Source: Candidatus Woesearchaeota archaeon (GTDB lineage: Archaea > Nanobdellota > Nanobdellia > CAZCWL01). From it: DNA of 44,732 nt. The stretch spans positions 1 to 44,732 of the forward strand of contig CAZCWL010000001.1 of NCBI GenBank assembly GCA_964502435.1, given 5' to 3'. Each line of letters begins with the position of its first letter. Positions within the stretch are counted from its first letter, which is position 1. The notes beneath the pieces are model-generated. The model was not told where the DNA came from and ran no database searches. It saw nothing but the letters and a program-made list of their open reading frames with translations. The position numbers and the translations under genes are program-made. Below, in pieces: positions 34,618 to 43,095 of this stretch.

Positions 34618-35822
34618 GGTCTCCTCTCCCTAACAAATACGTTAACAATCGATGCAACCCAAAGCGCACCATAGAGTAAAGTTCCAACAAGCAGATAAAA
34701 TAAAGCTGAGACTACAAGACGAGATAAGTTACCCTTAAAGAATAGAGTGTAAACTAAGAATAACAGCATAATAAACGTTGAGAGTGATATAAGATTAACC
34801 ACGTCAACTAAACCTAAAACAGTTGGACCAAACTGCTGATCAAGATAAAACAAGAAGTCAAAATTCAAATAGCGAAGTATAGAGTACTGAAGAAGTGCAC
34901 TTGAAACACCTTTATAAAGTATTCTGGTAAAAAGGTACACAAACGCCCCTACCCACACTAACGACAATGGAATAGTAAAAAATCCCAACCCAGCAGAGTT
35001 CTTGTTAAAAAGTAGATGTCTATACTTAACAATATTCTCCAAATTTCCTGTGTACCATCTTAGTCTTTGTTTTACCAAATGAGTAAATTTAGTTGGAGCA
35101 TAGGTGCTAGATTTTACATCCATCACAGAAATAACTTTGTAACCATGGTCTATCAGCCTTAAAGCTATTTCCATGTCCTCAACAAGGTTATTTTCGTCAA
35201 AGTATCCAACTTTCCTAACATAATCTGTTCTGAAAAACGTAGCACCATGAGTGCTCAGAACACCGTTGAAAAATGAACTAACTCTCCTAACAAAAATAGT
35301 TATGTAGTACTCTATAGCCTGTAAAAGAGTTAACATGTTTTCCTTATTATAAACCTCAAGTGCTGTTAGAACTGCAGCAACCTTTTTATCACTGAAGTAC
35401 CTAACAGCCTTTCTAACAGCATCCTTCCCAACTAAGAAGGTATCTGCATCAAGAACACAAAATAAATCTGTTTTCACACCTTTGAGAACCTTATTCACAC
35501 TTGGTACCTTGCCTTCGCGCTCCTTTTGGATCAATTTCACATTCTTATACTTCTTAACGTACGAATTAACAATAGAAGCTGTGTTGTCTGTTGAACCATC
35601 GTCAACAACTATAGCTTCTAGAGGGTAATCTTGAGACACAACAGAATCTAAACACCTAGAAATCCTTGCTTGCTCATTGTAAGCTGGGATTATTATCGTC
35701 ACTGATGGTTTATAAGAAGATTTTTTCTTCTCCTCATCAATAAAAACGTAAAGCAGGAAATAGAAGATAGATGTGAATAATGAAATAAAAGACAAGGTCA
35801 GTATAAAATAATTAAATATCAT
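34587..35822 (-). CDS. Processive family-2 glycosyltransferase (polysaccharide synthase type, membrane-integrated)
   Basis: IIIPAYNEQARISRCLDSVVSQDYP, VLDADT, VEDMEIA and QRLRW (Q-x-x-R-W), with flanking TM helices. Its ATG overlaps the upstream TAA (TAATG). Confidence 0.8.
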   Translation of the reverse strand: MIFNYFILTLSFISLFTSIFYFLLYVFIDEEKKKSSYKPSVTIIIPAYNEQARISRCLDSVVSQDYPLEAIVVDDGSTDNTASIVNSYVKKYKNVKLIQKEREGKVPSVNKVLKGVKTDLFCVLDADTFLVGKDAVRKAVRYFSDKKVAAVLTALEVYNKENMLTLLQAIEYYITIFVRRVSSFFNGVLSTHGATFFRTDYVRKVGYFDENNLVEDMEIALRLIDHGYKVISVMDVKSSTYAPTKFTHLVKQRLRWYTGNLENIVKYRHLLFNKNSAGLGFFTIPLSLVWVGAFVYLFTRILYKGVSSALLQYSILRYLNFDFLFYLDQQFGPTVLGLVDVVNLISLSTFIMLLFLVYTLFFKGNLSRLVVSALFYLLVGTLLYGALWVASIVNVFVRERRPWLTEKTDVY

Positions 35823-36166
35823 TAAACCACCCTTATGCACAATGACAATGAAATGTTCTCCCCTGTGAAATTGCACGCACACCCAGGCTGCGTTCTTGAA
35901 TCAATCTCTTTTCTTCCGGTAAGACAATTTGCAAAGTCACATGATACATTGTACGGTGTGGTGTTACTACATATTGATTCATCGTTATACACCTGCATGC
36001 AGTGGGTGTAATTATGCGTTAATTGTGTTAAATCTTCTGCAAGCATATCACACTGTTTTTCTCTCTTCTCTATATAATTAGCAGTGTTATATTGCTGTAT
36101 TTGGAACACAGCATACACAGTTACTATAAACAAAAGTACGAACAGGATAATATAAATTTTGTCCAT
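35822..36166 (-). CDS. Small Cys-rich membrane-anchored protein, hypothetical
   Basis: N-terminal TM IYIILFVLLFIVTVYAVF, then 9 Cys in about 80 aa. It is translationally coupled to the GT2 gene. Confidence 0.5.
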   Translation of the reverse strand: MDKIYIILFVLLFIVTVYAVFQIQQYNTANYIEKREKQCDMLAEDLTQLTHNYTHCMQVYNDESICSNTTPYNVSCDFANCLTGRKEIDSRTQPGCACNFTGENISLSLCIRVV

Positions 36167-36220
36167 AATCCCACCTCTAAGGCAATGACATATAAGAAAA
36201 AAGAAGGTAAGGTTTTATCC

Positions 36221-38671
36221 TTACTCGGTGGATTCTTCTGTTGTTTCTGTTGTAACCTGCACATCCTCGTAGGATGTAGCAGATGTGTCAAGTAACACGT
36301 GGTTTCCTGTGAACGCGTAGTCCTTGTGTCCCAATAGCTGAGCTGCAATCACTTTTGCTGCAAGCCTTGTGTCCTTTGCATCGTAACCAGCAACTACAAG
36401 AGCTGTGTAGTCGCCAAATGCACTCTCCACAAGGTCTATTGTTGCCTTATCTTTGTAGTCTCTTACTCCTGGCGTTGTCTCTGTTCTCCACTTCTCTGCA
36501 GAGAATACTGTTGATCCGTCCACAGCTGCAAGGTCTGCAACCAATGTGTTTACCGCAGGACCACCGACCAAGATAACATTCTTATCTTGGTCATACTCTG
36601 TGTCAAGTAGACCTATACCTGGTGTTATCTTGTTTAGCTGTACTCCACCAGCACTCTTCAATGTTAATGTTGTGTCTCCAACTGTCTTTGTTTCATCCGT
36701 TGTTAGTGTAACTGTTGTAGGTGCAATTCCACCAACCTTAAATGCTGACGTGTAGGTTGGGTAGTAGACATACACTATGTCATTCGTGTTTGCTGCACTT
36801 TCCCAGTCGCTACCATACAGAGCAACGTATGACTTGTAGTCTGTGCTCTGAGCCTTGCTTGATGTTGGAGCTGAACCTGTCTCATTTTCTGCAGTTGTGG
36901 CAACACCATTTACAAGTATGCTAGACTTGTCAGTTATTAGAGCTGCACCATTTGAGGTATTCCAAGTGTACTTAACACTTATTGTTGTTCCGTCACCTTG
37001 TGTTAATGTTGCTGTGTCTTCTCCGTCCCATGTTATCTTTGCACCCTTTGGTGTGTAGTACTCATCGTATCCTTCAGTACTGTAAACCTTAGCCACACCG
37101 TCAGGTAGGATCAAGTTTGTTGATCCAGCCACATCAACTACTGCTGCTTTAAGCCAGATGTTGTCATCTCCATTCTTAGACTCAGCAATCATACCGTTTG
37201 GCATCGTGTAGTTAGCACCTTCACTTACCTCTGTCCATGGACCAGCGTAACTTGTCGTTTCGTTTGTGGACGTAGCTGGCTTGTACAAGTCAACCTCACT
37301 TCCATCACTGACTATCTTAAGATAGTAGTGTGGTGCTCCATCTACTTCCTGACCAAGCAAGATGTACTCTCCCTTTGATATGTTTGCTCCGCCACCAGAG
37401 TATACTGTAAGGTCGCTACCAGTGTACTTCCAGTATTTAACACCCGGAAGTAATACTGTAGTATTCTCAGCAACATTAGTGTCAGTGGCTACATCAAAGT
37501 TCATACTCTGCATACCAGACTCTTTGAATGCAATGTACTCACCGTTAGTTACAGATGTCCAGTCAGAGCTAGGAAGTGTCATACTCTGAGAGTAGTCGTC
37601 GTATACTATACCAACGTCTCCGCCGATTGTGACCTTGTCCTTCTTTGCATCTAGTGTGTTGTCTGTGAATGTGCTTGTAACCGTTATGCTACTTACGCAA
37701 TCACTACTTATAGGCAATGAAGTCACATTGTACCTGTCATCTATTGGGAATACTTTGTTGTTGAACAATACATAGTTAGACTCAGCTGTTGCTATCTTTG
37801 CTGAGTTTGTTGTAGCACCAGACCACACGCTCTCTAGCTTGTACCTCACATCTTCATATGTCTTCCATTCACCTGTGCTGACTTCAACTGTTGTGCCATC
37901 TGGGTTCTTTATAATTGCTTTGTTGTGTGTACCATCAACGTCCTGTAATGTAAATGTGTAGTCACCAACAGTAAATGTCTCACCAACTTTGTAGGTGTTT
38001 ATTTCTGTTGAACCAAGAACCACTGCTGAGCTGTTTACCTCAACAACGTCGTATGTTGTACCAAACCAGTTAATCTTGTCACCTTCACATATGTTCAAAT
38101 CAGTACCGTTGTTTACATCCATTGTAACCTGTATTGCTGACTCATTTATGAATAGAGATCTATCTGGTTTTATACTTATCTTAGATTTATCTATACTCAC
38201 ACTCACTGTAGCGTTGTACTTGTTTCCAGACTTCTCATACTCAACGTTTGCTAGACCTGTTATTGCATCGTCACCTCTAGCATCTGTGTCAGAGAATGAC
38301 GACGAACCACTACCTTCAACGTATATGTCGTCTGGTGTAAAACCGTTTGTAGCCCAAGAGCCCAAACTCTTACCCTGTGCTGTCAACACATCAACTGTTG
38401 CTGTTCCAGATGATCCGGACGCTGTTGCTACCTGAGCAAACGCTGCTGCAATGTCTACAGCTGCTAGAACGTCTGCTGGCTGTGCACTAGCGCCAACTAC
38501 CACATACGCGTCAAAAACACCATTGTCATTAACAAACGGCTGTGGTAAGTCAGCCAATGTTGCTGCCATTGCTGGTGTAGCTACTGTAGCACCTAAAACT
38601 ACGGCGCTACCGGCCAAAGCAGCTATCTTTTTGATAGCTTTCTTAGCCCTCAAGACAAATTTGTCTTTCAT
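36221..38671 (-). CDS. S-layer (surface array) protein, Methanococcus-type
   Basis: Signal KKIAALAGSAVVLGATVATPAMAATL. N-domain LADLPQPFVNDNGVFDAYVVVGASAQPADVLAAVDIAAAF. C-domain VILVGGPAVNTLVADL ... ALVVAGYDAKDTRLAAKVIA. Thr/Ser/Gly/Val-rich, with a strong SD. Confidence 0.75.
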   Translation of the reverse strand: MKDKFVLRAKKAIKKIAALAGSAVVLGATVATPAMAATLADLPQPFVNDNGVFDAYVVVGASAQPADVLAAVDIAAAFAQVATASGSSGTATVDVLTAQGKSLGSWATNGFTPDDIYVEGSGSSSFSDTDARGDDAITGLANVEYEKSGNKYNATVSVSIDKSKISIKPDRSLFINESAIQVTMDVNNGTDLNICEGDKINWFGTTYDVVEVNSSAVVLGSTEINTYKVGETFTVGDYTFTLQDVDGTHNKAIIKNPDGTTVEVSTGEWKTYEDVRYKLESVWSGATTNSAKIATAESNYVLFNNKVFPIDDRYNVTSLPISSDCVSSITVTSTFTDNTLDAKKDKVTIGGDVGIVYDDYSQSMTLPSSDWTSVTNGEYIAFKESGMQSMNFDVATDTNVAENTTVLLPGVKYWKYTGSDLTVYSGGGANISKGEYILLGQEVDGAPHYYLKIVSDGSEVDLYKPATSTNETTSYAGPWTEVSEGANYTMPNGMIAESKNGDDNIWLKAAVVDVAGSTNLILPDGVAKVYSTEGYDEYYTPKGAKITWDGEDTATLTQGDGTTISVKYTWNTSNGAALITDKSSILVNGVATTAENETGSAPTSSKAQSTDYKSYVALYGSDWESAANTNDIVYVYYPTYTSAFKVGGIAPTTVTLTTDETKTVGDTTLTLKSAGGVQLNKITPGIGLLDTEYDQDKNVILVGGPAVNTLVADLAAVDGSTVFSAEKWRTETTPGVRDYKDKATIDLVESAFGDYTALVVAGYDAKDTRLAAKVIAAQLLGHKDYAFTGNHVLLDTSATSYEDVQVTTETTEESTE

Positions 38672-38787
38672 TTTTCACCTGCCTCCTCGGAGTTTTATTA
38701 ATATTGGGGTTTAGCCCAAACCCTATAGGGTCACCCCTATTGCTAGCTAATTGTTAAACTATAATTAAAAATAAAGCTTTAAATAGT
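38672..38787 (-). promoter_or_regulatory. Promoter and long structured 5' leader of the S-layer gene
   Basis: On the minus strand: TATA-like ACTATTTAAAGC (about 38775-38786), then hairpin ATAGGG-GTGA-CCCTAT (38725-38740), then hairpin GGGTTT-GGGCT-AAACCC (38707-38723), then GAGGAGGCAGGTGA 5 nt before the ATG. Confidence 0.55.
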
Positions 38788-39234
38788 TTACTTAGAAGGG
38801 TTTTTTCGCGATTTTTCCCCAGATTTAAGCCCGGAAAGCTCTTTTCTGAGCTTTAAAATCTCTTTCTGGAGCATCTTATTTTGAGCAGCAGAGACCTTAA
38901 TAGCTTTGTCCATCTCGTGTAAAATAGCAGATACAGTGCCAACAGCCTTCTGAAGGTCAGCAGCACTTACCTTCAACTCAAGTGGCTCTATGATCTCTAC
39001 AGAAGATGGTCCATAGTCTATAATAATATCAAACAGATCAGTCAAATCCTTTGCTTCTGTCTCAAGCTCTATAAACGAAGAGTAATACTTATCTCCCACT
39101 TTCTCAGGCTCTGCAATGGTTAACTTCTTAGCTTTATGCCCTGTTTTCTCCAATTTTTTCGGTATTTCCTCTAAAAGCCCTAATATATATTCTACAGGAG
39201 AGCCCATCATCTGGACTATAATTCTCAACTTCAT
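38788..39234 (-). CDS. Hypothetical protein (alpha/beta N-domain plus C-terminal coiled coil)
   Basis: ORF with host-like composition immediately upstream of the S-layer promoter. No motif recognised. Confidence 0.45.
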   Translation of the reverse strand: MKLRIIVQMMGSPVEYILGLLEEIPKKLEKTGHKAKKLTIAEPEKVGDKYYSSFIELETEAKDLTDLFDIIIDYGPSSVEIIEPLELKVSAADLQKAVGTVSAILHEMDKAIKVSAAQNKMLQKEILKLRKELSGLKSGEKSRKNPSK

Positions 39235-39264
39235 AGCAATGAATAAACACTAGTATTTATAAAC

Positions 39265-40332
39265 TTATGCTTTGTAAAGTAGATAAACAAATGCTACTAA
39301 CGACAACAAAGGAATTAGCGGTGAAACTCGCTTCTCTGGAACAACAGCATAACCAGTCAAATTAACAGGCGAGTACACAGCAGTTATATTCCTGAACAAA
39401 AATAACCGATCCACAAGAGTATTATTCTTAAAAACAAAGAAGTAAACACTTCTTGTACTGGGATTAAAGGTTTTTATGAGTACACGATTTGGCGGCACTG
39501 TAACATTAAAATAACTAACATCATTTGACACCATCATAACTGTTACATTTTCTATTTGAGTACCTTTGTTCCTAATCTTAATAGTTAAAACATTGTTATA
39601 ATCTCCCTCAATAGACAGATTAGAAAGTGGTTTAAGATACATTGGCAAAACAGTATCCCACTTTCTACCGCCAGCATAAACTCTAACCTTCAACTTGTAC
39701 ATCCCATCACCTTTAGCCTTCTCTTTAAGGGGTATAACAATACTAGAATCTGGTTGGATATTTACTATGACTCTATTATGCGTCCAATTATCAGAAAGAC
39801 AGTTTGTTCCGTTATACACATAAGAATAAACAGATACTGGCCCACTTATGCCATGGCTAGTTAAATTTACATAGAACAGAAACTCTTCACCAGATAAAAC
39901 CTCTTTAGGGACATTGTAAACAGAAACTGACATGTACGATTCATCATCTCCATGGGAATAAACCACAATCCTATTATCAAAGCTGCATGGGCAACAGTAG
40001 TAGCCACGATTATACTGCCTGTTACACTCTTCCCAGTCGCAGCTAACATAAGCATATAGCTTGTAAACTCCTGGAGGCAAATCAACGTGAAAACTGCCGT
40101 TAAATCCGTTGGCTTTGTAAATTAATGTTCTATCGTTTAGATCAAAGTCATAACCTTCACCAAGGTTCAGAGGTACTCTGTAAAAATAAACTGTAGAATT
40201 ATACACTGAGGAATAAGACACCATAACTGATCCATCTGTCTGGTGTGGAGAAACACTAACATTTAGCTCTCCTGTCTCACACTGTAAAGAGAATGATACT
40301 GTGATAAACAACATCAGCGCTAGCCAACGCAT
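39265..40332 (-). CDS. Secreted beta-rich, Cys-containing surface protein with a C-terminal TM anchor, hypothetical
   Basis: Signal MRWLALMLFITVSFS, numerous N-x-S/T sequons, CCPC motif and C-terminal anchor LIPLLSLVAFVYLLY. Confidence 0.5.
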   Translation of the reverse strand: MRWLALMLFITVSFSLQCETGELNVSVSPHQTDGSVMVSYSSVYNSTVYFYRVPLNLGEGYDFDLNDRTLIYKANGFNGSFHVDLPPGVYKLYAYVSCDWEECNRQYNRGYYCCPCSFDNRIVVYSHGDDESYMSVSVYNVPKEVLSGEEFLFYVNLTSHGISGPVSVYSYVYNGTNCLSDNWTHNRVIVNIQPDSSIVIPLKEKAKGDGMYKLKVRVYAGGRKWDTVLPMYLKPLSNLSIEGDYNNVLTIKIRNKGTQIENVTVMMVSNDVSYFNVTVPPNRVLIKTFNPSTRSVYFFVFKNNTLVDRLFLFRNITAVYSPVNLTGYAVVPEKRVSPLIPLLSLVAFVYLLYKA

Positions 40333-40438
40333 AAAACATCAGCACCTAAAACGTATTTAAAATTACCGGAACAACGGCAAGAAGGTCTCAAATCTAATTT
40401 ATATTAACCATGACTATAAGTTGGTGGAGGTGATTTAG

Positions 40439-40564
40439 ATGGATTGGGATGAGGGTGCAAAATGGTATCTGGAAAGGTTGAGAATCCATGAAATCCTTAA
40501 CAACAACTACATAGAACTAATAGCAAGGAAAGACGCGATAAGAAAGAAGAAGTGGGCAAGATAA
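40439..40564 (+). CDS. Small ORF (41 aa), hypothetical
   Basis: MDWDEGAKWYLERLRIHEILNNNYIELIARKDAIRKKKWAR. GGAGGTGAT ends 5 nt before the ATG. Below the ORF-track cut-off. Confidence 0.35.
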   Translation: MDWDEGAKWYLERLRIHEILNNNYIELIARKDAIRKKKWAR

Positions 40565-40597
40565 CTATATAAAATAGAACCTTCTTATTTTATTTAT

Positions 40598-40729
40598 ATG
40601 AGAGGACATGATTATGCAGCTGCGATTGTTCTTATCATACTTGCTATAATAATTTTAGCTTACATAATACTAACTTATCCTACAGAGGTCACAAGACTCC
40701 TAACAGGAAAATTCACCAATGTTCCATAA
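40598..40729 (+). CDS. Small single-TM ORF (43 aa), hypothetical
   Basis: MRGHDYAAAIVLIILAIIILAYIILTYPTEVTRLLTGKFTNVP has a short charged N-terminus followed by a hydrophobic helix. Below the ORF-track cut-off. Confidence 0.3.
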   Translation: MRGHDYAAAIVLIILAIIILAYIILTYPTEVTRLLTGKFTNVP

Positions 40730-41149
40730 CTACTCCTCTGGTTTAACAAACGTTGACTCAAGAAACTGCAAAATATCAGATAGTTTGCTAGCAATGGCTT
40801 CTTCCTGTTCTATCTTACTATTTTCAGACGAATTTATACGCTTAAGCTCCTCTATCTCCATTTTCATCGACTCAAGCGTCTGCTTTAACTCGTCAAGCTT
40901 CTTAAGAACTTCCCGGTACTTGCTAACACGTATGTACATATGAGGTACAGGGGATGGTTCTGGTGGCGAAGGGACTTCTGGTTTAACATCCACTTGCTGG
41001 GGTTGAACTTGAGGATACGGTTGCTCCCGATACTGCATTGGCTCTTCAACTGGTTCAGGAAAATCACTTTCCTCTAGAGTTGGAAAACTAGGCATTCCAA
41101 GGAAACTGTCCTCACCGCGAACTTTCTTTTTAAGCACGTCAAACACCAT
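40730..41149 (-). CDS. Hypothetical protein: N-terminal amphipathic helix, Pro/Gln-rich linker, C-terminal coiled coil
   Basis: MVFDVLKKKVRG..., then PEPVEEPMQYREQPYPQVQPQQVDVKPEVPSPPEPSPVP, then YIRVSKYREVLKKLDELKQTLESMKMEIEELKRI. Confidence 0.5.
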   Translation of the reverse strand: MVFDVLKKKVRGEDSFLGMPSFPTLEESDFPEPVEEPMQYREQPYPQVQPQQVDVKPEVPSPPEPSPVPHMYIRVSKYREVLKKLDELKQTLESMKMEIEELKRINSSENSKIEQEEAIASKLSDILQFLESTFVKPEE

Positions 41150-41189
41150 ACCTTTTATTAAATGTGGCTATATTTAAAACTATCGCGAA

Positions 41190-42872
41190 TTACATAAATT
41201 CAGGAATCTCTATGCCAAAGAGTGATAGTCCTTGCTTAAGAGTTTCATACGTCCGCTGCACTAGGTACAAACGCACATGCTTCTTGCTCTCTTCAGCAGT
41301 TAAAACAGGACATTTTTCGTAGAATCTGTTAAACCTGTCAGCAAGTGAAACGAGATACTCTGCTAACTTACTTGCTGACATTTCTTTTGCACAATCCTCA
41401 ACAATGTGGCCAAATAGTGAAATGTGTTTAGCAAGAGAGTACTCTACATCATCTAAGTCAGAAGAAACTTTACTCTCAAAGTCAGCTTTATCCATTATCT
41501 TCTTAGCTCGAACAGCAGCGTACTGAATGTAAACAGAGGATTCTCCTTCAAAACTAAGTACTTTATCCCAATCAAACACTATCTGCTTTCTTGGGTTGTA
41601 CTTAGCAAGGAAAAACTTAACAGCCCCATGAGCTATCTTCTCTGCTACTTTCTCCGGAGAGCCATACTTCTGCCTGACCTCATCTCTAATCTTCTTAACA
41701 GCCTTCTCTAAAACAGTGTCTGCCTCATATCCTTGCCAATTCCCAGACCTACCAGAGAACTTACCACCAGGCAAAACAACTGTATTGTAGCTTAGGTGGA
41801 TGTAATCATTATTTATACCAATAGAGCGTAGTATATGTTTTATTATCTTCTGCTGGAGGTCTTGCTCATTAGATATCACAAGCACTATCTTATCTGCATT
41901 AGGAGTGTACAGTTCACCATTACTACACGTATGTTTGTAAGAATTATTACACACAGGGATAGAAGAGTACCCAAATCTCCATAGTTCCATGGCAAGATCC
42001 TTTGCAGTGTAAGTAGCAGTTCCATTAGACCTAACAAGTATTTTATAGTTTGTCTTAAGTCCTGCCTCAGGAATGTCAACAACAGTACAACCTTTGTCCT
42101 CACCATGCTCAACAACTCTAACAAGGCCCTTTGACTTTAAGTCAGACATAACACGATCAAACAATCCACTTTTAATGACGTCACTTTCCCAAACAAATAA
42201 ATCATAATTGATATTAAATTTACTAGCAGTATCAAGCTGAGAAGCTAAGCATTTTTCTGCAATGTTTCTGGAGAATTTGGCAATAGGATTATCACCCTGT
42301 TCTATGAGTTTCAAAGTAGAATCAACCTGCTGCTTAACAGTTGCGTCTGTCTCATACAAGGAGTTAGCTTTGATGTATATCTCACCTAACCAATGATCAT
42401 ACTTTTTATCTGCGTCTAAACCATGCTTAGATAAGTACCATACAACCATTGCCATCTGCTTACCAACATCGTTTATGTAATTTTGGACCTCAACATCGTA
42501 ACCAACATAACGGAGTATTCTTGACATCGTATCACCTAAACAAGCATTCCTAGCATGACCTATGTGCCATGGTTTCATAGGGTTAACACTTGTATGTTCT
42601 AACACGATTTTCCCTTCAAGTTTTGGTTTGTAGCTGTAAGTTAACACTTTGTCCTTTTTGAAAAACACATTGACATAGCCACCAACAACGTCTACATGAT
42701 CAATGTAATCATGCTTCAACTTAGAAGCAACACGTTTAGCATATTCCATAGGGCTAATTCCTTCCTTCTTGGCAGGCTCAAAACAAGTTATGGAAACATC
42801 ACCCATACCTTCTGGAGGTATGTCTAAGTAATCCTTCAAATCAGGTACAACTTCTTCCACAATCTTGTACAT
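41190..42872 (-). CDS. argS: Arginyl-tRNA synthetase
   Basis: HTSVNPMKPWHIGHARN (HIGH region), class-I core, C-terminal DALR-type anticodon-binding domain ending ...IPEFM. Confidence 0.9.
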   Translation of the reverse strand: MYKIVEEVVPDLKDYLDIPPEGMGDVSITCFEPAKKEGISPMEYAKRVASKLKHDYIDHVDVVGGYVNVFFKKDKVLTYSYKPKLEGKIVLEHTSVNPMKPWHIGHARNACLGDTMSRILRYVGYDVEVQNYINDVGKQMAMVVWYLSKHGLDADKKYDHWLGEIYIKANSLYETDATVKQQVDSTLKLIEQGDNPIAKFSRNIAEKCLASQLDTASKFNINYDLFVWESDVIKSGLFDRVMSDLKSKGLVRVVEHGEDKGCTVVDIPEAGLKTNYKILVRSNGTATYTAKDLAMELWRFGYSSIPVCNNSYKHTCSNGELYTPNADKIVLVISNEQDLQQKIIKHILRSIGINNDYIHLSYNTVVLPGGKFSGRSGNWQGYEADTVLEKAVKKIRDEVRQKYGSPEKVAEKIAHGAVKFFLAKYNPRKQIVFDWDKVLSFEGESSVYIQYAAVRAKKIMDKADFESKVSSDLDDVEYSLAKHISLFGHIVEDCAKEMSASKLAEYLVSLADRFNRFYEKCPVLTAEESKKHVRLYLVQRTYETLKQGLSLFGIEIPEFM

Positions 42873-42873
42873 A

Positions 42874-42948
42874 TGGGCCAGGAGGGATTTGAACCCCCGA
42901 TCTGCGGCTTAGAAGGCCGCCGCCTTATCCAGGCTAGGCTACTGGCCC
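42874..42948 (-). tRNA. tRNA-Arg (anticodon UCU)
   Basis: The reverse complement folds as GGGCCAG-TA-GCCT-AGCCTGGATA-AGGC-G-GCGGC-CTTCTAA-GCCGC-AGATC-GGGGG-TTCAAAT-CCCTC-CTGGCCC-A. The 3' end is 1 nt from the argS ATG. Confidence 0.9.
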
Positions 42949-42986
42949 TACAATGATTAACAAAACAGTGTTTTAAATATTTTATC

Positions 42987-43058
42987 TGGGCCTACGGGGA
43001 CTCGAACCCCGGTCAACCGGTCCGAAGCCGGCCGCCCTATCCACTAGGCTATAGGCCC
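42987..43058 (-). tRNA. tRNA-Arg (anticodon UCG)
   Basis: The reverse complement folds as GGGCCTA-TA-GCCT-AGTGGATA-GGGC-G-GCCGG-CTTCGGA-CCGGT-TGAC-CGGGG-TTCGAGT-CCCCG-TAGGCCC-A. Confidence 0.9.
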
Positions 43059-43095
43059 GTAAATTAATAATATTTCAAGTTTTTAATATGTTCCT

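Noticed and set aside
40411-40434. Seven-codon ORF (ATGACTATAAGTTGGTGGAGGTGA) upstream of the 41-aa ORF.
   Set aside because: It is too short to evaluate, and its sequence doubles as the GGAGGTGA Shine-Dalgarno for the ATG at 40439.
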